Below are positions 18,046 to 26,560 of a stretch of DNA of 35,520 nt, in pieces. The stretch spans positions 1 through 35,520 of the forward strand of contig JBDQGZ010000003.1 of assembly GCA_040265115.1 (NCBI GenBank), given 5' to 3'. The notes under the pieces were generated by a model. It saw only the letters and a program-made list of their open reading frames with translations, made no database searches and had not been told where the DNA came from. Numbering within the stretch: position 1 is the first letter of the stretch; every line of letters starts with the position of its first letter. Origin of the DNA: Candidatus Nanopelagicales bacterium (lineage in GTDB: Bacteria > Actinomycetota > Actinomycetes > S36-B12). The position numbers and the translations under genes were made by a program.

Positions 18046-19028
18046 CCGTTGAGAGCCGGCTGGCCTCCGAGGTGGGCGTAGAGAACCTTGGATGACTGGT
18101 CGATCTCGCCGCGAACGATCAAATCGAGCATTCCCGCCATCGACTTTCCCTCGTACACCGGATCGGTGATCATTCCCTCAGTGCGCGCCGCTGTGCGCAT
18201 CGCATCGAGGGTCTGCTCATCGGGAATGCCATAGATCCCAGCGTGGTAATCAGGGTTCAACTCGACATCGTCATCAGTCACCTCGACCCCGATCAGCGCG
18301 CCGGTGGACTTCGCAATGCGAGTCACCGCTGCCAGCGTCTCGGGAACCTTCGCGGACGCATCGATCCCCAGCACCCGACGACGTCGATCACGCTGAGCGA
18401 AGCCCGCGACCATGCCGGCCTGCGTCGAACCGGTGACCGAGCAGACGATGACCGTGTCGAAGAAGACACCGAGTTCAGCTTCCTGCTGCTCGACCTCGCG
18501 CGCCCACTGTGCGAATCCGAGACCACCGAGCGGGTGATCGCTGGCACCGGCGGGAATGGCATAGGGCGTTCCGCCGGATTCGCGGACCTCGGCAAGCGCG
18601 TTCTCCCAGGACTCCTTGAATCCAATGCCGAACTCTGCCTGCACGAGCCGAACATCAGCACCCGCGAGCCGTGAGAGCAGGATGTTGCCGACCTTGTCGT
18701 ACACCGCATCCGGCCAGTCGACCCAGGACTCCTGGATCAATACGCACTTCATGCCGACATGTGCCGCGACCGCCGCGACCTGCCGGGTGTGATTGGACTG
18801 GACTCCACCAATCGAGACCAGGGTGTCTGCGCCATGCGCGAGCGCATCCGCGACGAGGTATTCCAGTTTCCGGGTCTTGTTGCCACCGTATGCGATTCCG
18901 GAGTTGCAGTCCTCGCGCTTCGCCCAAACCTCAGCTCCACCGAGATGAGCAGTCAACCGATTGAGTCGATGCACCGGCGACGGGCCGAACAGCAGCGGGT
19001 AGCGGGCGTAGTCCTCGATGCTGGGCAT
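18027..19028 (-). CDS. acdS: 1-aminocyclopropane-1-carboxylate deaminase
   Basis: [21 protein letters not shown] (PLP Lys), [25 protein letters not shown] and YAHLGG carry the Glu and Leu that distinguish AcdS from D-cysteine desulfhydrase; AAGGAG RBS at 19040-19035. Confidence 0.95.
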   Translation of the reverse strand: MPSIEDYARYPLLFGPSPVHRLNRLTAHLGGAEVWAKREDCNSGIAYGGNKTRKLEYLVADALAHGADTLVSIGGVQSNHTRQVAAVAAHVGMKCVLIQESWVDWPDAVYDKVGNILLSRLAGADVRLVQAEFGIGFKESWENALAEVRESGGTPYAIPAGASDHPLGGLGFAQWAREVEQQEAELGVFFDTVIVCSVTGSTQAGMVAGFAQRDRRRRVLGIDASAKVPETLAAVTRIAKSTGALIGVEVTDDDVELNPDYHAGIYGIPDEQTLDAMRTAARTEGMITDPVYEGKSMAGMLDLIVRGEIDQSSKVLYAHLGGQPALNGYSALF

Positions 19029-19065
19029 GATCCACTCCTTGCAGATGTGATCGATAAACGTGGGG

Positions 19066-19707
19066 CTATGACCGGGGCTCGGCGAGGTATTCGTCGTGGA
19101 GCTCTTGTTGAAGCGATCCGAAGAGATCGCTCGTGATGAGCGCGGCACGCTCGGAGTCACCGTCGGCGAGCGCATCTAGGAGCTCGAGATGACGCGCCGC
19201 GGAAGATTTTGCGTGGTCACCGCCAAAGCGCATCACCTCGATACGCCGGATGAGAGGCGACCATCGTTCGATGGTGTCGGCGAGCGGCCCGTTGTCAGCC
19301 CGATCCACCACGATGCCATGGAAATCTTCATCGGCAGCCAGCGCCGTGCGAACATCACTGACACGGATCGCGGCGAGAAAACGGTCATTCGCCGCCCGCA
19401 TTCGGGTGAGGTCATCGTCGGTGACGCGCGCGATGCGCACGGCTTCGGTGTGCATCAGTCGGATCAAGGCCACGGCGTCTCGGGCCTCGCGGGTGTCGAT
19501 CTCGCTCACCCTGGTGTGGGACTGCGCCTTGCGTTCGACGAGGCCTTCCGCGGTCAGGCGGGCCAGGGCTTCTCGGATCGGCGCCTTGGACATCCCGAGG
19601 TCGTAGGCCAGATCTGCCTCGCGCAGCACGGTGCCCGGAGGATCCTCACCGAAGACGATGCGATCGCGTAGCCGCTCGTAGGCCACATCCCGCAGTAGTC
19701 GACGCAC
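19066..19707 (-). CDS. GntR family (FCD domain) transcriptional regulator upstream of acdS
   Basis: [24 protein letters not shown] wHTH; ADEDFH and H-containing FCD motifs. Confidence 0.92.
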   Translation of the reverse strand: MRRLLRDVAYERLRDRIVFGEDPPGTVLREADLAYDLGMSKAPIREALARLTAEGLVERKAQSHTRVSEIDTREARDAVALIRLMHTEAVRIARVTDDDLTRMRAANDRFLAAIRVSDVRTALAADEDFHGIVVDRADNGPLADTIERWSPLIRRIEVMRFGGDHAKSSAARHLELLDALADGDSERAALITSDLFGSLQQELHDEYLAEPRS

Positions 19708-19715
19708 CCCACTAG

Positions 19716-19747
19716 ACTAACATGTTAGTGACCCGGTTGACATGTCA
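19716..19747. promoter_or_regulatory. Two palindromic operators (ACTAACATGTTAGT 19716-19729; TGACATGTCA 19738-19747), putative GntR sites
   Basis: Perfect palindromes sharing TRACATGTYA, centred 20 bp apart; the first overlaps the gntR -10 TAGTCT (19719-19714). Confidence 0.7.
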
Positions 19748-19766
19748 GTTGGGGGCATCGTAGAGT
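19737..19766 (+). promoter_or_regulatory. Sigma-70/SigA-type promoter TTGACA-N18-TAGAGT
   Basis: Consensus -35 at 19737-19742 and TANNNT -10 at 19761-19766. Confidence 0.65.
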
Positions 19767-19773
19767 TCTCCTC

Positions 19774-19830
19774 GCAGCCCGGCTGCGCTGTTGTCCCCCC
19801 CGTCGACGGCGCCCGGGCTGCCCTATTTCT
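19774..19830 (+). ncRNA. Candidate small RNA: 18-bp hairpin with C7 loop
   Basis: GCAGCCCGG/CCGGGCTGC and GCGCTGTTG/CGACGGCGC stems, loop TCCCCCCCGT, followed by CCTATTTCT; starts 7 nt after the -10. Confidence 0.5.
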
Positions 19831-19904
19831 CGCCGTTCCTCGCGACATTCCCACCGGACGAACTAGCCCCCGGGCACATGGCCTCCTAGGGCAGAATGCA
19901 GGCC

Positions 19905-21965
19905 ATGGCGCTGCTAAGACGACCGGGCTGGCTGACGAAGTGGGCCACCGACGTCCCGTCGCAGGCCGGCGTCATCGGCGCCGCCTGGAGCGTGGCCGGG
20001 AGTCTGAGCCGCGGCCTGCTACCCCGTTCGCCCCTCGACCAGGCCATGACGACCAGCATCGTGGCGACCATCAACTACCAGCTCACCGCTACCGGTTGGG
20101 CCAGTCTGGAAGCCATCGCGGCCGTCCCCGGGCGGCGACCGGGCACCACCGCGCGCCTCGTCGTCGCAGGGCTCGCGATCACTGGCGGTTACGCCACTGC
20201 CTTCGCCACCGCGAAGCGTTCGGCCACATCACCCATTGCCGCCGGGGCCTATGCCCTCGGCCGGCAGACGGCGTTCAGCGGCATCGCCGGTGCGGCCGCG
20301 TCCATCTGGGACGATCTGCTGCATCGCCGACTCGGCTTGAAGCCCGGTCTCGACACGACGGTGGTGCCGAATCTCATCACCGGGGGCGCCATCGCCGCCG
20401 GAAATGTCTACTTCGCCATACGACGCGCACACAAATACGGCACGACGACATCTGAGCATCGCTTCGCTGGCGTCGATGCCCGCTCGGTCACCGTTGCAGC
20501 CGCGGCCGGGGTCGGGGCCACGGTTGGTCTCGGCACGCTCGTCATCGCCGAGCAGTTCGCCGCACACGGACTCGAGCGCGGCATGACTCGGATCATCGGT
20601 CGCGATCCAGGCGCTCTCGGCTCGCTTGCCGCGCACGGCATCCTCCTCGGTGGTCTCGGTCTTGCGACCACCGCTGCTCTGCGCCAAATCACCGCGCGAC
20701 TGCAGCACAGCGACGACATCGTCGAACCTGCCTACCCCGAGCCCCCGACGTCGTCGCACGTCTCCGCCGGACCCGCGAGCACGATGCCTTTCGATGCGAT
20801 CGGCAAGGAGGGTCGCCGCTTCGTCTTGATGGCCCTCAATGGTCAGGACATCACCGCCGTCATGGGTGAACCCGCTGTCGATCCAGTGCGCATCGTCGGC
20901 GGCTTCGAGTCCAGCGCCGACATCCGCGAGCGCGCGAAACTGACCTTGGCCGACTTCGAATCCTGCGGCGGGTACGACCGAGGACTGATCTGCGTGGCCT
21001 CACCAACCGGTGTCGGCTACGTCAATTACACGATCATCGAGGCGCTGGAATACCTCACTCGCGGCAACTGCGCGACGATCGTTCCGCAGTACGCCCTCGT
21101 GCCCAGTGCTCTCGCAATGCCCCGAACCGCCGAAGGCGTGCACCTGACGAAGCTCATCCTCGAAGGCCTCCGCGATCACATCGATGCCATGCCCGCGGAC
21201 CGTCGACCCCGAGTGGTGTTGATGGGCGAGAGTCTCGGCGCGAACGTCGCCCTCGACGTGTCCACGCTCCCGGGTCCCTATGTCGGCATCCCTGCGCTCG
21301 AGCACCTCGGGGTCGACGGTGGCGTGTACTTCGGAGTGCCGTTCCGGACTGAGTTCTGGCAACGTTGGCGAGACAACCCCGAGGCCATGGACCCCGAGGA
21401 TGACGTGCTGTGCGTCGCGCAACCCGATGAAGCTCCCGCACTCCCGCCGGGTCAGATGCGCCACCTCATGGTCGTTCATCACGATGATCCGGTGAATAAG
21501 TTCGGCTACGCGATGGTGCTCCAACCACCCTGGTGGATGGGACCTCCCGCGACTCGTCCACCCGGTGTTCCGCGGGAGACGCGCTTCCGACCCATCACCA
21601 CCTTTGCGATCGCGACGGTCGATCTGCTGAACGGGATGAACTCCAAGCCCGGGCAGTTCAAGCGTGAGGGGCACGACTATCGCATTGAGGCTCGGCTCGG
21701 CCTGCAGCGTTCCTACGGCCTCGACTGCTCACCCGAGCAGGCCGAGGCGATTGAGGATGAGTTGCGCGAACGCGAGACGCAGTGGGCCGCTCGGCGCATG
21801 ATCGCCCGCACCCTCGACCGAGCACGGCGCAAGATCTCCTCCACCCTGGATGCCTGGGGTGATGTGAACGTGGATGTGGCCGATCTCGACCCCGCCCTCA
21901 CCGAGGTGGTGCCGGGGAACCCACTGCAGCGGTTCAGCCAGATCAGCACGCCTCCCGGAGCCTGA
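19905..21965 (+). CDS. Membrane-anchored alpha/beta-hydrolase family protein
   Basis: N-terminal TM segments; IGKEGRRFV, SPTGVGYVN, GESLG nucleophile elbow, HHDDPV and GHDY; ATG 19905 is preceded by CAGAAT at 7 nt. Confidence 0.82.
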   Translation: MALLRRPGWLTKWATDVPSQAGVIGAAWSVAGSLSRGLLPRSPLDQAMTTSIVATINYQLTATGWASLEAIAAVPGRRPGTTARLVVAGLAITGGYATAFATAKRSATSPIAAGAYALGRQTAFSGIAGAAASIWDDLLHRRLGLKPGLDTTVVPNLITGGAIAAGNVYFAIRRAHKYGTTTSEHRFAGVDARSVTVAAAAGVGATVGLGTLVIAEQFAAHGLERGMTRIIGRDPGALGSLAAHGILLGGLGLATTAALRQITARLQHSDDIVEPAYPEPPTSSHVSAGPASTMPFDAIGKEGRRFVLMALNGQDITAVMGEPAVDPVRIVGGFESSADIRERAKLTLADFESCGGYDRGLICVASPTGVGYVNYTIIEALEYLTRGNCATIVPQYALVPSALAMPRTAEGVHLTKLILEGLRDHIDAMPADRRPRVVLMGESLGANVALDVSTLPGPYVGIPALEHLGVDGGVYFGVPFRTEFWQRWRDNPEAMDPEDDVLCVAQPDEAPALPPGQMRHLMVVHHDDPVNKFGYAMVLQPPWWMGPPATRPPGVPRETRFRPITTFAIATVDLLNGMNSKPGQFKREGHDYRIEARLGLQRSYGLDCSPEQAEAIEDELRERETQWAARRMIARTLDRARRKISSTLDAWGDVNVDVADLDPALTEVVPGNPLQRFSQISTPPGA

Positions 21966-22115
21966 TCGTTCGGGACGTTGTGGGCCGCACAATCGCGCCG
22001 CGACTCACCGTGCCCCGCCATGCTTGCCCTGACACCCCACGTCTGACACGCTGAGTCCCGTTCGCCACTTTTGTCCGTTTTAATCTCAAGTGAGTCCCAC
22101 GTCAAGGGGGAGCGC

Positions 22116-22415
22116 ATGACCTCCATGCCCAGTGATCGGATGCCCAGTGATCGGATGCCCAGTGATCGGATGCCCAGTGATCGGATGCCGGGTGACCCTG
22201 AGGCCCTGCTGACCCCCAGTGAGGTCGCCGCGATGTTCCGCGTTGACCCCAAGACGGTGACCCGCTGGGCCAAGGCCGGCAAGTTGTCGAGTATCCGGAC
22301 CCTGGGCGGCCATCGGCGCTATCGGGCGAGCGAGGTCAAGGCCCTGCTCACGGAGTCCTCCCCGACCCCCGCCGTGCCGGCGGTTCCTCCGCCGCCCGCT
22401 CCCCCAGGTTTCTGA
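22116..22415 (+). CDS. bldC: BldC family (MerR-like HTH) transcriptional regulator
   Basis: LLTPSEVAAMFRVDPKTVTRWAKAGKLSSIRTLGGHRRY closely matches the BldC core; AAGGGGG RBS at 22104-22110. Confidence 0.93.
   Translation: MTSMPSDRMPSDRMPSDRMPSDRMPGDPEALLTPSEVAAMFRVDPKTVTRWAKAGKLSSIRTLGGHRRYRASEVKALLTESSPTPAVPAVPPPPAPPGF
22125..22199 (+). repeat. 15-bp tandem repeat ATGCCCAGTGATCGG x4 plus a degenerate fifth copy (encodes MPSDR)
   Basis: Perfect copies start at 22125, 22140, 22155 and 22170; ATGCCGGGTGACCCT at 22185. Confidence 0.97.
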
Positions 22416-22427
22416 TCCGAGGCGCTC

Positions 22428-23363
22428 TCAGGAAGCGGCAACAGCAAGACCGACGGCTGTGGCAACGCTGAGGACGAGCACTCCCTGCAGCACCCCCACC
22501 GCTCCCCGCACGCTCAATCCCCGATCCATGAGCAGATGCGACAGGTGATCGCGCCCCGGGGTGAACGGATGTCGACCCTCGGCGAGTCGGCGCACCACAA
22601 CGAAGGCAGTGTCCAGCACGGGAACAGCGACCAGCAGCACCGGGATCGCCGCGCTCCACGGGAGATTGATGCCCACGGGTCGCAGGCGCAGAGTGACAAT
22701 GGCGAGCAGGAAGCCGAGGAAGTAGGCCCCCGCATCCCCGAGATAGACAGTCGCCGGCGCCCAGTTGTGCCAGAGGAAGCCGAGCGCGATGCCGGCGAGC
22801 GCGAAGGCGAGACCAGCGACAAAGAACTGCCCGTAGAGCGCGGCGATGATGCCGGTGCCGATGGAAGCCACAAGAGTGGTCGAGGCAGCGAGTCCATCGG
22901 AGTTGTCGAGCAGGTTCATTGCATTCGTCAGCCCGACGATCCAGAGCAGGGTGATGAGCAGGTCCAGCCACTCGATGCGCGTGAATGACACCTGTGTTCC
23001 CGCCCACCACACGATCAGGGCGAGGGCGAACTGCGCGACGAGTCGCACCCAGGGATTCAGTGCGCGAACGTCATCGACGAAGCCGAGGGCGGCAACAGCG
23101 AGCGCGGGGAGCAGAACACTCGCGAGCAGCTCCAACTCCGTCGGATCCCCCGAGATCGCCACCGCCGCGAGGAACGCGACCGTGAACGCCAGGGCAACGG
23201 CGATTCCGCCGATCTTCGGGATGGGGCGATCCTGTTGCTTGCGCCCGCCGTCGGGGGAGTCGACCATTCCGGTGCGATGAGCGATCTTGATCGATCCCCA
23301 CACCAGCAGAGTCGACAGCACTGCGGCGCCGACGAATGAGGCGACGTAGAGCCAGGGAGTCAC
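22428..23363 (-). CDS. MraY/WecA family (GT4) undecaprenyl-phosphate sugar-1-phosphate transferase
   Basis: PIPKIGGIA, LGFVDD, NAMNLLDNSDGLA, YLGDAGA and RDHLSH motifs; multi-TM. Confidence 0.92.
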   Translation of the reverse strand: MTPWLYVASFVGAAVLSTLLVWGSIKIAHRTGMVDSPDGGRKQQDRPIPKIGGIAVALAFTVAFLAAVAISGDPTELELLASVLLPALAVAALGFVDDVRALNPWVRLVAQFALALIVWWAGTQVSFTRIEWLDLLITLLWIVGLTNAMNLLDNSDGLAASTTLVASIGTGIIAALYGQFFVAGLAFALAGIALGFLWHNWAPATVYLGDAGAYFLGFLLAIVTLRLRPVGINLPWSAAIPVLLVAVPVLDTAFVVVRRLAEGRHPFTPGRDHLSHLLMDRGLSVRGAVGVLQGVLVLSVATAVGLAVAAS

Positions 23364-23365
23364 CT

Positions 23366-24334
23366 TTAGCTCGAGCGGGTGGAGATGTCTGCGGCGACGT
23401 CGCTGATGATGTCGGACAGGTCGCGCTGCGGGACCCAGCCGAGGAGCTCGCGGATGCGTGCGGTGTTGGGGACTCGACGCGGCATGTCCTCGAAGCCTTC
23501 CTCATAGGCGTCGTCATAGGACACCTTCACGATGGAGGAATCGGACTCGAGTTGCTCAGTGACTCGCTCGGCGAGGCCGGCGATGGAAATTTCTTCATTC
23601 GCACCCACGTTGAACACCTGGCCCTCGGCCTCGCGGGAGTCGACCAAGCCGAGCAACGCACCCACGACATCAGCGACGTGGCAGAAGCAGCGGCGCTGCG
23701 TGCCATCGCCGTAGACGGTGATCGGGTTGCCCTTCAACGCCTGCTCGACGAAGCGCGGCACCACCATGCCGTAGTGCCCGACCTGGCGTGGCCCGACGGT
23801 GTTGAACAGTCGCACGATCACCACCGGCAGGCCCTTCTCCTTCCAGTAGGAGTAGGCCAGCACCTCCTCGATGGCCTTCGCCTCGCTATAGGACCAGCGG
23901 GTCTTCAACGGCGAGCCGAGGATGCGGTCGTCGTCCTCGCTGAGCAGATCGGAGTCGTTCTTTCCGTAGATCTCACTCGTGGAGGTGACGAGCACCTTGC
24001 GACCGTATTTGTGGCACTTCTCCAGCACGATCTCACTGCCGCGGATATTCGTGGCAAGGCTCTCCAGCGGTCGACCCACGATCAGCTCAACGCCGACCGC
24101 GGCCGCAAGGTGCATCACCACATCCGACCGGCGCACCGCATCGTCCACCACCGCATCATTGAGGATCGAGCCCATGACGAACTCGAAGTTCGGGTTGCCC
24201 AGATGGTCACGGATATTGTCGTGGCGGCCGGTGGACAGGTCGTCGAGGACCAGCACCTGATCACCCCGCGCCAACAAGGCATCCACGAGATGGGACCCCA
24301 CGAAACCGGCTCCCCCGGTGATCAATACGCGCAT
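23366..24334 (-). CDS. NAD-dependent nucleotide-sugar epimerase/dehydratase
   Basis: ITGGAGFVG, HLAAAVG, STSEIYG, YSEAK (YxxxK), RLFNTVGPRQ and GDGTQRRCF motifs. Confidence 0.92.
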   Translation of the reverse strand: MRVLITGGAGFVGSHLVDALLARGDQVLVLDDLSTGRHDNIRDHLGNPNFEFVMGSILNDAVVDDAVRRSDVVMHLAAAVGVELIVGRPLESLATNIRGSEIVLEKCHKYGRKVLVTSTSEIYGKNDSDLLSEDDDRILGSPLKTRWSYSEAKAIEEVLAYSYWKEKGLPVVIVRLFNTVGPRQVGHYGMVVPRFVEQALKGNPITVYGDGTQRRCFCHVADVVGALLGLVDSREAEGQVFNVGANEEISIAGLAERVTEQLESDSSIVKVSYDDAYEEGFEDMPRRVPNTARIRELLGWVPQRDLSDIISDVAADISTRSS

Positions 24335-24379
24335 GACCCCCGATCGTAGGGGGTCCAGCGGCTGTCGAGGGCTCGGGTA

Positions 24380-24403
24380 GGGGGCGATTCCCAGAAAGCC
24401 CCC
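24380..24403 (-). terminator. Possible weak stem-loop after the trypsin gene
   Basis: GGGGGC...GCCCCC inverted repeat 10 nt past the stop codon; no U tract. Confidence 0.25.
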
Positions 24404-24413
24404 CGATGTCGGG

Positions 24414-26462
24414 CTAGCGTTTGGGGCGCAGCGTGATGGTCAAGGAGGGACTCGTGCCGGCGGAGCTCACCGCCTGCACCTGCATCCGGTGCCTCTTGCC
24501 CACCGCCAACTTCGTCACCTTCACGCCCTTCGCCTCGGGCACTCCCGGCTGCACGGTCTTCCAGCCCGACCACTTCTTGCCCGCCTTGCGGATCCGGTAG
24601 CGATAGGAGTCCGGCTCCATGGAGTCGAAGGACGACCAGGTCCAATAGACCGTCGCAGTGGCTTGTCGACCGCGGATTCGATAAGCGACGTCGAGGTACT
24701 CCGGTCTACTCGGCTTCGTCGCCGCCTCCGCCTGCACGGTCACGGTGTTCGAGGTCGCCGACCATTCACCGGCTCCAGCGTCGTTCACCGCGCGGACGCG
24801 GAACACATACGAGCCAGCGGACAGTCCGCTCACGGTCCTGCTCACGGTGTTATCACCCGGCCCGGAGGCATCAATGCCCTGGGTCGCCAGCCATGGCAGG
24901 TAGTTCGCCAGTCGCGTGTAGACACCGGGCGTCATGCCGTAAGGCGCGGGATCCCCGTCCAGCATTCCGGCGCAGCCATAGCCCCAGCTCACCACGCCGA
25001 CCAGGACGGCGCTCGATCCTCTGCCCGCCACCAGGGGACCGCCGGAGTCGCCCTGGCAGGTGTCGATCGGCTGCGCGGTGCTCGTCGAGCCACCCGCGCA
25101 GATCATGGAGGAGGAGAGGTAACTCGAGCCGAGGCCCTCATAGGTCACTCCACCGACGGTGTAGCGCCCTGAGGTAGACCCGCACACCGAGTCCGGGATG
25201 ACCGTGAGGTCGGCAACCTTGAAGGTCGAGGGATTCGATCCGCCGCTGGACAGCCGCCCCCAGCCAGCGGAGGTCACCGAGGACCCGCCTGAGGTGAGGC
25301 TCGCTGCCTGCGCTGCCGTCGGGATGGTGACAGTCGGTGCACCGGCGAACGGCTGGGAGAAGGTCAGCACGGCGATGTCGTTTGCTTCGGTTCGCCTGTT
25401 GTAGTTCGGGTGAATGGTGAAGTCGGCAGCTCGAACATGCGAATAGGGCTTCGCACCATCATCCTCGAGTGCCGCGCTCACATAGGAGATCTCATTCCCA
25501 TCCTCGTCGTACATGCAGTGCGCGGCGGTGATGATCTTCGTCGGTGACACCAGCGACCCACCGCAGACATAGCCACCACCATCTCGAGCAGTCATGCGAA
25601 GGGAGGTGAGAAAGTCGAATTCACCCGATATCGGATTGCGGCCATTGACCACATCAGGCCCCACCACGACGTCGGCGCGGGATGACGACGCCGTCACCGA
25701 CTCCCAGGAGCCGCCATCGCGCTGCGCCTGCACCCCGTACCCGATCACGTCTCCCGAGGGTGGTGTGAACTCGAGCGAGACTGCCCCACTAGAGGTCACA
25801 CTTGCCGTCAGTGAGGTGGGGGCGTCGGGAAGATCGGGTGTGGGGTCCGGCGGCCCATCGACTGATTCCCGAATGGGAATCGCGGGCATCGGGCTCTCCG
25901 GCGCCTCATCCTGATTGCCGAATCGATCTTGAACAAAAACCGAGAATGACGCCTCATCGAGTCCGAGAGACCGCCACGACACGTACACCGCCCAGTAGTT
26001 GCTCCCCCGGTACCACTCAGCCTGCAGTCCGGTGTCGGTGTAGTCAGAGCTCGCGTCGTACTTGTAGATGTCCGAGTAATAGAACTTCGCTTCCTCCATG
26101 TACTCCAATGGGATCGACGTCGCGTAGAACCCGTCAGGGTCATCGGCCGGGATGATGTACGCGGTCACGGTCGCGTCAGGATCGCTTGACAGCAGCGGAT
26201 CGGTGTCACGATCCATGACGATCCCAATCCGCACTTCATCCGGGAAACGCTTCGGCACACCCGCGCTGAAGGAGATGATCTCGCAGTACAGCCCGGTGCA
26301 GTCGTAGGCAGGATCGGACTCCTGCCAGAGCACGTAATAGTCCTCATCGGCGACGAGAGCACGCTCCCGCTGTGCGTCCGGCTCCGCTTGGGCGGCGGTG
26401 GTGGCGAGAAAGCTGGCCACCACGCCAAGTGATGCAGCAATCGTGACAACTCGGCGGAACAT
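24414..26462 (-). CDS. Secreted trypsin-like (S1) serine protease with FN3 domains
   Basis: Signal peptide ending AQA|E; VVNG, CGGSL, TAAHC, NDIAVL, GWG, DTCQGDSGGP, VSWG and PGVYTR motifs; FN3 motifs YVFRVRAVNDAG and MQVQAVSSAG. Confidence 0.92.
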   Translation of the reverse strand: MFRRVVTIAASLGVVASFLATTAAQAEPDAQRERALVADEDYYVLWQESDPAYDCTGLYCEIISFSAGVPKRFPDEVRIGIVMDRDTDPLLSSDPDATVTAYIIPADDPDGFYATSIPLEYMEEAKFYYSDIYKYDASSDYTDTGLQAEWYRGSNYWAVYVSWRSLGLDEASFSVFVQDRFGNQDEAPESPMPAIPIRESVDGPPDPTPDLPDAPTSLTASVTSSGAVSLEFTPPSGDVIGYGVQAQRDGGSWESVTASSSRADVVVGPDVVNGRNPISGEFDFLTSLRMTARDGGGYVCGGSLVSPTKIITAAHCMYDEDGNEISYVSAALEDDGAKPYSHVRAADFTIHPNYNRRTEANDIAVLTFSQPFAGAPTVTIPTAAQAASLTSGGSSVTSAGWGRLSSGGSNPSTFKVADLTVIPDSVCGSTSGRYTVGGVTYEGLGSSYLSSSMICAGGSTSTAQPIDTCQGDSGGPLVAGRGSSAVLVGVVSWGYGCAGMLDGDPAPYGMTPGVYTRLANYLPWLATQGIDASGPGDNTVSRTVSGLSAGSYVFRVRAVNDAGAGEWSATSNTVTVQAEAATKPSRPEYLDVAYRIRGRQATATVYWTWSSFDSMEPDSYRYRIRKAGKKWSGWKTVQPGVPEAKGVKVTKLAVGKRHRMQVQAVSSAGTSPSLTITLRPKR

Positions 26463-26560
26463 CGTCGACCTCGCAGACCGGTGCCGGGTGCACCTGCCGC
26501 CACGCTACGCCAGCGAGGGGTACGGAGTCTCTCCGATTGCGCAAAATCCCCTGAACACAG

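Noticed and set aside
19742-20455. 237-aa plus-strand ORF spanning the candidate sRNA
   Set aside because: Out-of-frame overlap with the hydrolase, Arg-rich low-information sequence, and its ATG lies inside the promoter/operator.
22125-22199. Tandem repeat as a CRISPR array
   Set aside because: 15-bp units with no spacers, in frame within bldC, and no cas genes in the window.
22200-22350. Excisionase or prophage marker (MerR-like HTH)
   Set aside because: Sequence matches the BldC core; no integrase, att sites or phage genes in the window.
23336-24349. 337-aa plus-strand ORF
   Set aside because: Antisense shadow of the epimerase gene.
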